A stretch of 64,000 bases of DNA from contig OZ316891.1 in assembly GCA_973895155.1 (NCBI GenBank), positions 8,619,875-8,683,874 on the forward strand, read 5' to 3'. This document shows, piece by piece, positions 52,527 to 63,359 of this stretch. The notes below the pieces were generated by a model. That model was not told the origin of the DNA, made no database searches, and was given only the letters and a program-made list of their open reading frames with translations. How positions within the stretch are numbered: the first letter of the stretch is position 1; each line of letters starts with the position of its first letter. The position numbers and the translations under genes are program-made. Origin of the DNA: Marsupella aquatica. Its lineage: Eukaryota > Plantae > Marchantiophyta.

Positions 52527-53059
52527 GTAACAATTAGCTCTCTATAAGACAATGCACGTTCCCAGGAGATAAATCCAGTGCACACTTAGCTAGGGTTTTG
52601 ACTACGTCATAAGTGCAAAAAACTTTGAACATGTATTGATAAGAGCACACACAATGATGACTCATGAGCTATAGTGCCTTGTATGCGATGAGCTCTCTTT
52701 CAGTTGACAATCTCATGACTTCCTTCCTAAATTGTACATGCCTACCTCACAAGTGCCACTTTCACTCTATGTACAGATGACTTGCACTTATCAATAAGTG
52801 TTAGTCAAATTAATTGTGTGCATAGTTGTCGTGACATATAGTATCGTAGCCATAGTGTATCGAAAACATACAAGTCACCGGCAATGCATATGTGCAAGCT
52901 GCTAGCAACCAACATCCTTAGAAAAAGTCCAATCACATTCACAAGTGCCAAGAAAAAGCAACTGAGGTGGTATGTACGTAGTGGAGGTGTAAACCTCTGT
53001 ATCCCCCCCAGACCACAGCTAAAAGGAGGGTTGAAGAAAAGTCAGGTAGCACGTGGAGC

Positions 53060-53203
53060 ACAGGAAGGGCAAAACCATAACCCTTCTGGCACCTGGGTAA
53101 GTTCAGGCTGAAGGCAGAAAATATGGTACCCTCCATTGCAATTATCACATAGCAGCATCTGGTCAGCATCATCAATTCGCAAACACACTTTGCAAGGGTA
53201 GTC
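53060..53203 (-). other. PHD finger at the integrase C-terminus
   Basis: DYPCKVCLRIDDADQMLLCDNCNGGYHIFCLQPELTQVPEGLWFCPSC has C4HC3 spacing. Confidence 0.93.
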
Positions 53204-56200
53204 CACAGGTGGAATCCAAGTAGAAGTCACAATGGTGGGATCCAGGTTAGGCAGATGACAAGGGGCGCAATTCTTGGCATTGTCAGCAATTGTGCGCCCA
53301 TCTGCCCCTTGTAACTCTAGCACTCCAGACGGTCGAATAGCTTTAACCCTGAGAATAGTACGACTGGTAGAGGTGTCCAGGGTGTCGTTAGCTTGCCGTT
53401 GCAAGTACACAAAATCTCCTACATCAAACTTCCTGACCTTGGGCTGAAAAGTGCCCCCTCGTGTGTGTGCATAACGCAGTGTGTCCCTATGCTGTGCAAT
53501 GGCCAAATTCTCCATGGCCATGGGCATAACCCTCCTGAATAGGGCAGCCCTCTCAGAGATCACATCAGACCAAGTCACAGCTGAATCCAAGTCCACCACC
53601 TGAAGCATGTGAGCAGCAATAGTAGAAGGTGGAACTGGGTGACGACCAAACAACAAGAAGTAGGGAGAAAAGTTAGACAGTGATGCATGTCTGGACATCC
53701 TATACCCCATGGCAATGTAGGGTAAGGCCAGGTCCCAATCCTCCTTATTTTTGGTGAGGCAGATCTTCCGGAGACCCTTCTTGCATGTCTGAACCATGCG
53801 CTCTGCCAAGCCATCTGCTTGTGGTTGATCTCGTGACGTTCGGCGATGATCAATGAGGGCCTGATCAAGCAGCTCCTGGAACTCTCCTCTGAACTCTGAT
53901 CCCTGGTCAGTGAGACATTCTGCACAAGCTCCAAAGCGGCTGAGAACTTGTTGTAGGAATGCCTGGCTGGTGCTACGGGAGGTCTTATCCGGCAATGCCA
54001 CAAGTTCTATCCACTTGGAGAAATGCTCTATCATGATCATGATGTAGAGATTACCCCGAGACGTGAGGGGTAATTCTCCAGCCAAATCACATGACCAGCG
54101 ATATAACATGCCCTGAATAGGGAGTGGATGAAGTGTGGGTTGCCGAGATGTGAAAGAAGTCCTCACCCTATCACATTGTTCACACCGGGCAATAACATCT
54201 TGAACCTGGTCATGCATGCCTCTCCAATGATAATGAGGGACCAAGAGGCTGTAAGTCCTCTTAACGCCAAAATGACCAAGCTCAGAATGTACCTTACGGA
54301 TAAGGCCAACCCTCTCATGAATGGGTGGAACCACCACTTCCCTGTCTGGCAAGCAGCGCACGAGATGATCTCCCTTCCACAAGTAACGCTTGGACCTTTG
54401 CTGAATTCGGTCTCTCTGGGTTGCAGTAACATGTATGGGGTACTCCCCATGCTGCAAAAATCTCAGAGTGTCGCTGTCCTCCCATATGTCCACCACAGGT
54501 TGGTCAACGATGTAGCATGGCAGCAAAGCAAGAGAGGTAGATGCATGAAATGTAGGCAGGATGGAAACCTGGTCAAAATCCTGCCGTGCATCTGAGGGAT
54601 CATCAGAGGCAATCAAAGGGCTGCGGGACATAGTGTCAGCATTTTGATGTGTCACACCAGGCCTATGAATTACCTCAAAATCATACTCCTGGAGTATGAG
54701 TGCCCAACGAGCAAGCTTGCCAGTAAGCTTGTCGTTGGTCATCAACCACTTCAAGGGCTGGTGGTCGGTGTAGAGAACAAACCCGGTCCCATAGAGGTAG
54801 GGCCTGTAATGTATTACAGCCCACACAACAACAAGGCATTCACCCTCATAAGAAGAATAATGACTCTCTGCCTGATTGTTGTTCCTGGATGCATAGGCAA
54901 TGACGTACTCTTTACCTTCCTCATCATGCTGGCCCAGAATGGCACCAATCCCAAGGGCACTCCAATCTGTGTGTAGCACAAAGACCTTGCTGAAATCAGG
55001 TCTTCTCAGCACCGGGTATTCTGAGAGCTTCTCCTTCAAAGTGGCAAATGCTGCCTCAGCATCTGTACTCCATGTCCAAGTCACATTCTTTTTCAACAAA
55101 GCATACAATGGGTGTGCAATGGTGCTAAAATCTTTGATGTAGATCCGGTAGTAATTGCACAACCCAATAAAACTCCTCAAAGTGTGAACATCGGTAGGAG
55201 TGGGCATTTCCAAGATGGATACCACCTTGGCCCAGTGAGCCATGGTTCCATTTGGAAGAATGCGGTGCCCAAGGTATACTACTGATCTGACAGCAAATTC
55301 ACACTTCTTGGGGTGTATCTTTAGGTTCACCTTCTTAAGCCTCATGAATAGCTCCTCAAGGTCAAGTAGATGCTGGTCAAATCCTTTGCTGTGGACCAAC
55401 ACATCATCAATGTAGCATTTCAGAAACTGAGCACCTTGAAGAACCTGGTCCATGACTCTTTGAAAGAATATGGGCGCATTCTTCAAGCCAAATGGCATCA
55501 CCAACCACTTCCATAGTTGGTTACTGCCATGGAAAGCTGTTTTCTTGCGATCCTTTGCAAGCAGCAAAATCTGGTTAAAGCCTTGCCTTAGATCCACAAG
55601 AGTGAAGATGTCTGAGTCTCCAATGCTGTCAAATAGCTCCTCTGGCCGTGGCATGGGGTACCTGTCCTGGGGTGTGACCAGGTTCAGTGGCCTGTAGTCC
55701 CCACACATGCACTTCTCTGTCCACAATCCATTGGAATCCTTCTTTGCTGGCATCACTGTAGCTGCTGCAAAATCTGATGTAGATGGCTGAATAAGACCAG
55801 CTTCATAGAGCTCTTGGCACCTCTCATCCACCAGCTGCCACTCATGCTTACTCAAACGGTGTCTCCGCCTGAAGATAGGTGTTTCATCAGCCAACTCAAT
55901 GGAGAACTGCATAGTCTTGCACGGGGTCTTGCACTTACCCAAGTCCTTCATAGAGAAAGCAAACACATTCTCATGCTTGAGGAGAAAATTCAGCAGCTGG
56001 TCCTTCTGTCTTTTACTCAAGTGGTTGCCCATGATGAATGTGTAATTGGCAACACTAGGAATAGGACCTGATGTACTCGTGCTTGAAGAACCAGCAGTGC
56101 TAGCCTCTCCACTATCCAAGCTGCTAGCATGCTGCTGATAAGGTGATGAGGCCTCTCCAAGGCCTGTTGTACCTGCTGATCTGGGTTGGTCCACACCATG

Positions 56201-56379
56201 AAACTCAGAAATATTGTCAGCCACGTTACAAGGGACCTCCTCCCCCCCAACACTTGGATTGAAGCGGTGAGTGTTGAATAGAGGTAAGTGCACCTGGTCT
56301 GGATGCCATGTAGCAGCACCATGGAGTGGTAGAACTGGAACTCCTGATGCTGGAGGAATGGACATCTGAAAAAGGATGC

Positions 56380-57330
56380 AAGTGACCAGAAGCCAAGTGA
56401 GAGCATTAAGATCCATTACCCTGTCAAGTAAAGCATTCCTAGCCAGCCTGGTGGTTTTGGTGTGGCCCGTAGTACCGGGTTGGAAGCCCATAGCCCGTTC
56501 TCTCTCCTCAGGACTAGGTTCATCCCCTGTACTGGTAGAATGTCGATAAACCAGGCCAGGACCATCACCCTGAAAAGCATGTGCACCTGGAAATGATACA
56601 AATGTAGGCCAAGCAGCACGGGGCTCTCCAATGGTATTGGCTGGATACCAAGGTGCTGGCTCTTGTTGGGTAACTGGTTGGCAAGAACTGTCAGGATCCA
56701 AAATCTGGTCCACTGTGAGGTTAGTGTCCCTGGATGTGTGGTGAAGAGCTAACTCCAACAAGGAATGTGGTGCAAGGTTAGTCCAAAAGTTATGAAGACA
56801 ATGTGCATAAGAGCCACAGTGCACTGCATCAATGAGAAGGGGTGGCCCCAAGTAGTGCTGGACCACACTAAAATCCTCTTTGACCTGTGGACGCTGGTCA
56901 AACTGAGATGGAGTATTCTCAATGATATAACCAATAGCAGGATAAAGGGATTGAGCCTAGGTGAGAATCTGAACCAATGCTGTGAAAAGGCCAGAACGAG
57001 AATCATGCAGTCCAGCATCGTGACCAGCAGCTGAAAACCCTTGGCATTCCCAACCAGCTATGATCAAATCAAGGGAGCCAAGAAGGGTTAAGTGTCGGTG
57101 CTGGACAAGCTGGATATCTGGAGGAAAGAAAGAAAATGCAGACTTCCAGGCACTGTGTGGAAACTGCTGAGGGAATCGCTCTGAAAATTCCAGCAGACGG
57201 GATTCAGCCACTTGCCTTGCACTTGGATCAATGTCCACATAGATGTACTGCTTCACCACCATGCCGGACTTTAGGAGAGCTTCCAGGCCTGTAGAAATGC
57301 CACCAAAAAGCTCAAGCAATGTAAGGCCAT
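56380..57330 (-). other. C5 cytosine DNA methyltransferase domain (DNMT3-like) within pol
   Basis: Motif I LLELFGGISTG, II YVDID, III DIQ, IV LDLIIAGWECQGFS, V SRSGLF, VI YIIENT (read across the stop), VIII GSYAHCLHNFWTNL, IX ERERAMGF and X ARNALLDRVMD, all in canonical order. Confidence 0.88.
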
Positions 57331-58269
57331 CTGGAGCTGGAGTCCATGTAACTGGTGCGCTCAAGATTGGGGCTATTGGCTGTCGATTGTGCTGCCCAAG
57401 GTCTTCAAACTTGCGCAATGCAGCCACCAAAGGTCCATGGGCTGCTTGGAGCCGTTGTACCACCTCTGGTTGATGATCCATGTTACTGGAAAGTGCTGCT
57501 ATATGTGCAGTAGCCACCTCATTGTCATCCTCTTCAATCCAATCCTGCAATGGATGGTTGACATAGGTAGCTGTGTGCACTTCTTGCAGCACACAGTGGT
57601 GAGCCATAGGGGTATGGGCACCATGCAAATCAAGTGGAATGTAGCCCAAGTGTGAGCCATCCGTATGCCAATCAACTCTATAGTATGCATGCTCATGCCA
57701 GTTGTCAATGGTAAAACCTGGTGGGAACAAAGCCTCCTGGCCAATGAGCACATCATATGTAGTGGCATTGGTAACCAAACATCTGATTGGAAAATGCAGT
57801 TCCTGATCTGTACCTCCATTAAAAGTGAGAGTGAGTAAAGTAGAACTCAAACATCTGACTGGGAAATGCAGTTCCTGATCTGTACCTCCATTAAAAGTGA
57901 GAGTGAGTAAAGTAGAACTCTCACCCAGCACATCCTCCACAGTGCCACTAGCAGTCCGAATGTGCCACCTAGATTGCTGTAAATGATCAGTCAACAGTCC
58001 CATCTTCTTGGCAAACTGAATGCCCAAGATTACTGGTTGAGCGCCTGTATCTAGCATGACCACCTGAGGAGTGTGACCCTCCAACTTGACTGCTGAATTC
58101 CTGTTGTCAACAATGGCAATGGTGGTGGAAACTAAAGTCCTGTCACTAGGCACCACTTTTGGCAAATGATGAGGTACCTTGTGAAGGGAGTTAGTGTCCA
58201 CGGTCTTCCCACTCAACAGCATAGCCAGGAAAGATGGAGCAGCATGACCAGAATCAAGTGTAGCTCTGG

Positions 58270-60552
58270 TCACACAATCTGCAGCAATACTGTCATCTCT
58301 ACCGCCAAACCAGTGGAAGCATGTAATGGAGAAGAAGAAGGTCCAGTATGTACATGAGATTGGACCTCCAAAACCGGTGGCACAGGGGCTGATGAAGAAT
58401 GCAGTGACCCCTCTAGCGCTCTCATGACAGCTCTAGCATCCAGCTGTAAATCATGGCAATTGAAAAGTGGAGTGGTAAGAATCCTTTGTGCCATATCGGA
58501 GGTGAAATGCCCAAGCAGCTCAGGAGAAACAACTCCCTGTGAAATGTCAGCAGCACTTGGTGGTGGAATGGATGTAGCTGCAGCTCCCTCCCCCCTCGCC
58601 AACAAGGTGTGTTCTTCAACAAGTGTGAGTGGCTGAAAAGATTGGGGCATGACAGCCCAATCGCCCCTGGCTCTAGTCATAGGACCGGCAGCAAGACCAT
58701 CAACCTGGACAATGCGACGTGTGGGAGCAATACGGGAGGCAGCACTGGCCTGCTGGTAAGCAAAATAGGATGGGTAGAATGAATCTGAAAATTCTGTTGT
58801 AAGGCCAGGCTGGGTAGCAGAGGACAGCACACACTCACCCATATGAGCATCAAATGGCAAACCATAGAAAGAGCGAGGTAGAGGTGCTGAATTGTCAATG
58901 GTGCCTGGGCCAGAGATGGGTTGCATGTGACCAGCTGGTTGAGAAGGACCAGTAGAGGCAGTTGACTTGCCTTTGATGTTGGCAAGTTGGGCACGTAAGG
59001 ACTCAACTTCATGAGTCAAAGATTGGAGTTGAGTTGCCTGTGCGTTGTGAGCCTCCTTCTGAGCTGGTTGCTTCTATTGCTGCTTGGGTAATTTGTTGGC
59101 CCCAGGTGCTTTGCCACTGGAAGGAGGAGCAACTGAGGCAATAGGAGCCCTCCTAGCTGGTGGGGGAGTGGAAGCAGGAGCAGGATGAGGGGTCTGCTGT
59201 CGTAGCTGCTTCCTCTCTGGGAATTTGGCAAAACAAACTGCCTCCAAGTGGCCCACTTTCCCGCAAAAATCACAAGACAGGTCCTCAACAACAATATCAC
59301 ATTCATTAGCCTTGTGATTGGGGTTACCACAGTAGTTGCAAGATGGCAGCATGAAAGCAACATGTGCTGGCTTGGTCTTGGAAGCATACGGTGGCACACG
59401 GGAAGGAGTGGCCAGTGTAGGGGCAGCAGCCTGGTACCTGGATCGCGGTGGACGCGCAATACTGGCCTCATAATGTGCATGGACCAACTCAAGTTTCTCA
59501 GCAGTGTCATAGACATTGAGCAGGGTGTAGCTGTCTCCAAACTCTGAGAATACTTGCTGCAACACTTGCGAATGGAGAGCTGGTGTGCCCTCCAATGCGC
59601 GAAGATACCGATGAGCAGCTTCCAGGTCAGTGATGCTCTGGGTGTCCTCCTTCATCTTGAGAAGCCGGCGATACATCATCTTCAATGTTTCATTGCGCTG
59701 CCTCACAAAGGTGGCCAACTGCATGATTTTATCAGCACTCTTGATTGGGAATTCCAATTCAAGAACCTGGAAAAACTCAGCCACTGGATCAGCAAAGGCA
59801 GGAGAATCAATGGTGGGAGAAATGCCTGATGTAGCCTATTCCAAGACAGTGGGAGTAACTGGTGCAGTGGTGGGAACTGGAGTAGGAGGGGAAGTGGCAA
59901 GCGCAGTAGCATGGGCTGCAATGGCATTTTGTAATGCCAGTTGTGAGGCAGCCGCAATTGCAGTGGCATAGGCAGGGTTAGGCAATTGTGTGACAGCAAG
60001 CAGCCGTTGAGAGTGCTGCTCATACACATCCAAAGCCTTGTGGTGCACATACCTGGCTAGCTGCTTAAATGCAAAAACATTTGTGAAATTGCTGCCATAC
60101 TTCAATTCCAATTCGTAAACAACAGCGTAGAAAGTGGATTTGAACTCACGCAAAGAAACAGTGCCTGGCCGCCCGCTGAAGCGGTCAATGCGGCCAGATG
60201 AGTGGCTGGCGTCCATGCTGTATGTCGGTGAAGCAGGAACAACCACGGATGCAGAAGGGGTAAATGGCAATGAAGTGATAGCAGGCTTGGGAGTAGTGGT
60301 GAAGCGACCGCCAAATGGAGCAGAAGGATTGCGTGGTGTGGGTGCTGCTGCTATATGTGGACGTCGTCGAAATTGCCGAGACTCCAATGAAATTGGCACC
60401 AATGGTCGTGGATCACTCCATAAATAGTACCTGGGTGTCGGTGGCGATGTGTTGCTACCTCCTGGCTCGTCTGCTGACATACTGTGTTGCAATACCCGAT
60501 ATACTGAAAACGTGTAAAATGTGTAAACACCAGGAAAAACCGTCACCGTCAA
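58270..60552 (-). pseudogene. gag-like ORF with two CCHC-type zinc knuckles, interrupted by two in-frame TAG codons
   Basis: ORFs 59836-60552, 59074-59784 and 58270-59019 share one frame. Motifs RIDRFSG, FVRQRNETLKMMYRRL, CNYCGNPNHKANEC and CDFCGKVGHLEAVC. Confidence 0.82.
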
Positions 60553-60919
60553 AAAACCGTCGGGGAAAAAGGACCGTTAAAACCTCAAATTTAGCCCCCT
60601 TCGCGTTTGCCTATGTATATGCCGAATTGACCGTCCGGTGTGTATATACCGGGCCGTATGCAGACGACCTGACGTCGGCGACAGCAAAGGAATATGAGGA
60701 AAATGGGCCCCCTGAAGTGTATACCTCGGGCCCCCTATGTGGACCCAAAAACGGAAGGACTGGCCGGCCCCAATGCCCTATGCTGTCATCCCGCGCGTGG
60801 TGAATGAGCGAGAACGGCCGAAAATGAAAAGAAAAGGGCCCGAATTAAGTGTATACACTTCGGACACTCGGCGAAGGGAAAGAAATGGCGGATGCAGGGG
60901 CCCCTCTTAATGGCACGAG

Positions 60920-61250
60920 CCCTGCATAGGGCTTCGCGCCCCCTCCTTATGAGCTCCCGAAAAGGGGTTACGAACTCCCCCCTCCTCTCCTTTAATGCTG
61001 CCTCGCTTCCCCTCCCCTCCTTCAGGCTGAAAATGGGCTCCGTGCCCTGCAGGAGACTCCTGAGGGAAGGAGTCGTATGTACTCCCCCCCTCCATTTAAT
61101 GTAGCACATAGGGCCTCGTGCCCACTGCCTCGGCTCTGTCTCCCCCTGCTTTAATGCTGTTTCGTGTGCTGCAGGAGGACTCCCGAGAAGGGAGTCGAAT
61201 GCACTCCCCTCCCCCTCTGCTTTAAAGTTGCCTAGGGCCTCGTGCCCTCT
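60920..61250. repeat. About three ~110-125-bp diverged repeats with small hairpins in the 5' region of the DNMT element
   Basis: GACTCC-N-GGAGTC(G) at ~61055 and ~61179, with a variant at ~60951. CCCC..TTTAA.G and TAGGGCCTCGTGCCC recur. Confidence 0.7.
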
Positions 61251-63213
61251 CCTGGTGCTCCTTCCCCTTCCTCTGGCTGCTTAGAAATGGGCGAGGCAAG
61301 GGCACGATGCCCTATAAACAGCCTGCACACCAAAGCGGAGGAGGTCGAGAAAAAGAGAAGAAAACGGGGCCTTCAAAGGCGAAAACGTAAAGAGGAGGCC
61401 GGGGTGGAAGCGTGTCGAAACCAGGGCACACGGCCCTATGCAGGCGTCTTGCTGCGGCCGAGGCAAACTCGCCGGCAGCTGTGGCCGGGAATGCAAAAAC
61501 GGCCCCCAAAAGCAGTCGAGGCAGCAAGCGGCAGCAAGCAGCAGTGACAGTAAGAAGAAGCAAAGGGGTCGCGGATGCAACCAGAAAATGAACTCCAGAC
61601 CTCCTCGGGAGCATTGTATACACTTAAGTATACACATAACAACATAAACCCATAACTTTCATTCCGTCGCTCCAATGTTCGTCAAAGAAATTGCAATGGC
61701 TTCACCCAAAAATTGTCGAAATCGTCACGAGCAATCTTCTTCTCCTCACCGCTAACTCGGGAGTTCTTCTTGAATAAAAGGCGTGATAGAAACAAACGTA
61801 CTGAAATCGAATCGAAAACTGGCGAGATGCCAAGATCGGCCGGGAGCATCTAACGAATCACTGTGTGAATTCCGTGTACGGAACCGACGAGCAGCCTCTG
61901 AAAAACTCTGTCTCACAGCGATTCAAGAAGAACTAAAAAATGGCAAAGAAAAACATGCCCTAAGTAGGACCGGGTCCAGGCGTCACACTAACAAACACCT
62001 TTGCTTCAAGAACGGCCCAGACTCGCTACAAGAACATGACATTAACTCAAGTAGTACACTAGCCCTAACTATATACTAGCAGACATGCGAGGGACATGCC
62101 GATGTGCACAAGAGGCACTGTCCCTCGGCATGACATAGTACCCATAAGTACTCAGAAAACCTTTATGGACGGATTGCACTTATTATCTGAACCAGGTTCG
62201 ATCAGTTGATTTGACGGGGGCCTGAAATTCGCCCCACAAAGTATTGTCCAAAACTTTATTGTAAAAAATGGCCCTGTAACTTATTTGAAATTGTATTGTT
62301 AGTACCGCATATTTTGACCCCATATGTTTTGGTTTTGGGCCTTAATACATAATTGTTTTTAGTGCAGCCCTCTTTGCATTGACAAAAACTGCAAAAAGGA
62401 GCCACATGGTTGGGAGCTTGGGGGGGTGGGGTGGGGGAAGAACAGGATGCTTTGCAATTAGCCAGGTTTTGCACTTATGGACTGTGCACTTATTAAGAGC
62501 TGACTGTACAAAGGGAGGGGGACAGTCTTTCCTTTCAGTGCACCTCAGAACTCAGCCGCACCTAAGTTACAGATTCAGGGTTAATCCCATACAGTCAGTG
62601 CAAGTCTGGGACTGACTTGAAAAAATTAAGCAACAACAGGAGGCAGCATTGCCTTGGCCCATGAGGCAGGGGTTAAGGCCTAGTAACCTCCATCTCAATA
62701 ACATGTCCCTTTTCCTTCCCTGCTCTCACCCCAATGCAGCAGGTACGTAGCATCAGCAGCAGCATTAATTCAGCAGAATCAGCAGTCTTGGTTTCTTTTT
62801 GTTGTTTCAAATATTAGCAAGACTGAGACAACTAACCATATTTGGTCAGTTGGCCAGGGGTTGATCCTAGAACAGAGAGGTCCCAGGTTCAAATCCCCCT
62901 CCACATGCAAGGGTTTGTGGAGGGTACTAGTGTGTGTGTGTGTGTGGAGAGTAGTGGTGGGAGTCCTGGTTTCTCTTAAACCACCACTATCCACCAGGTT
63001 CTGGGAAGACAAAAAAGTGCACTTTATTATTTTCTTGAGAATATTATTCACTCATATTAGTAACCTGGATACACGGGTTTTTGCTTAGTGGATAGTGGCC
63101 TTTAAGCCCCTGGCTAGTCTGCTTTGGGGCCCTGGTTCAACCTCTCTCCCTCCTGGTATCCCCGTTGGATCCTTGGGTATGACCCCTTGTGGCTACCCTA
63201 CAGAGGTGCATGC

Positions 63214-63355
63214 TCCCAAGTTGATAGTCTATCCTTGGATGGGTCCCTTTAGGTTTCAAGGGACCAAAAAATGAGTACCAAAAAGTTCCCAAGTTGATAG
63301 TCTATCCTATGTTGGATGGGCCCCCTTTAGGTTCCGAGGGACCAAAAAATGAGTA
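63214..63355. repeat. ~70-bp tandem duplication
   Basis: TCCCAAGTTGATAGTCTATCCT...TTGGATGGG...TTTAGGTT...AGGGACCAAAAAATGAGTA occurs twice. Confidence 0.85.
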
Positions 63356-63359
63356 GAAA

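Larger units (their letters stand above)
53042..58273 (-). pseudogene. pol polyprotein: aspartic protease, DNMT3-like methyltransferase, RT, RNase H, integrase, PHD; one in-frame TAG at 56957-56959
   Basis: PR VMLDTGAQ; RT DYRPLN/DLRQGFNQ/MPFGLKNAP/CYIDD; RH LHTDWS/SSYEGEC/YTDHQPL/NADTMSR; INT HSELGH..CEQC/WSCDLAG/LTDQGSEF/LAERMVQ; PHD C4HC3. ORFs 56957-58273 and 53042-56866 are in the same frame. Confidence 0.92.
52830..61987 (-). mobile_element. Ty3/Gypsy-type retroelement carrying a C5 DNA methyltransferase and a PHD finger; termini uncertain, no LTR pair found
   Basis: Domain order gag, PR, DNMT, RT, RH, INT, PHD on the minus strand. A purine run GGGGGGGA lies just 3' of the ORF (~53001-53009). 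Candidate ends are TGTGAC at 61987 and GTCACG at 52830, without a TSD. Confidence 0.85.

Noticed and set aside
56380-57330. DNMT as a host DRM/CMT/MET1 gene or bacterial contamination
   Set aside because: It is intronless, in frame with retroelement PR and RT, and lacks BAH, chromo and UBA domains and DRM permutation. The flanks are continuous plant sequence.
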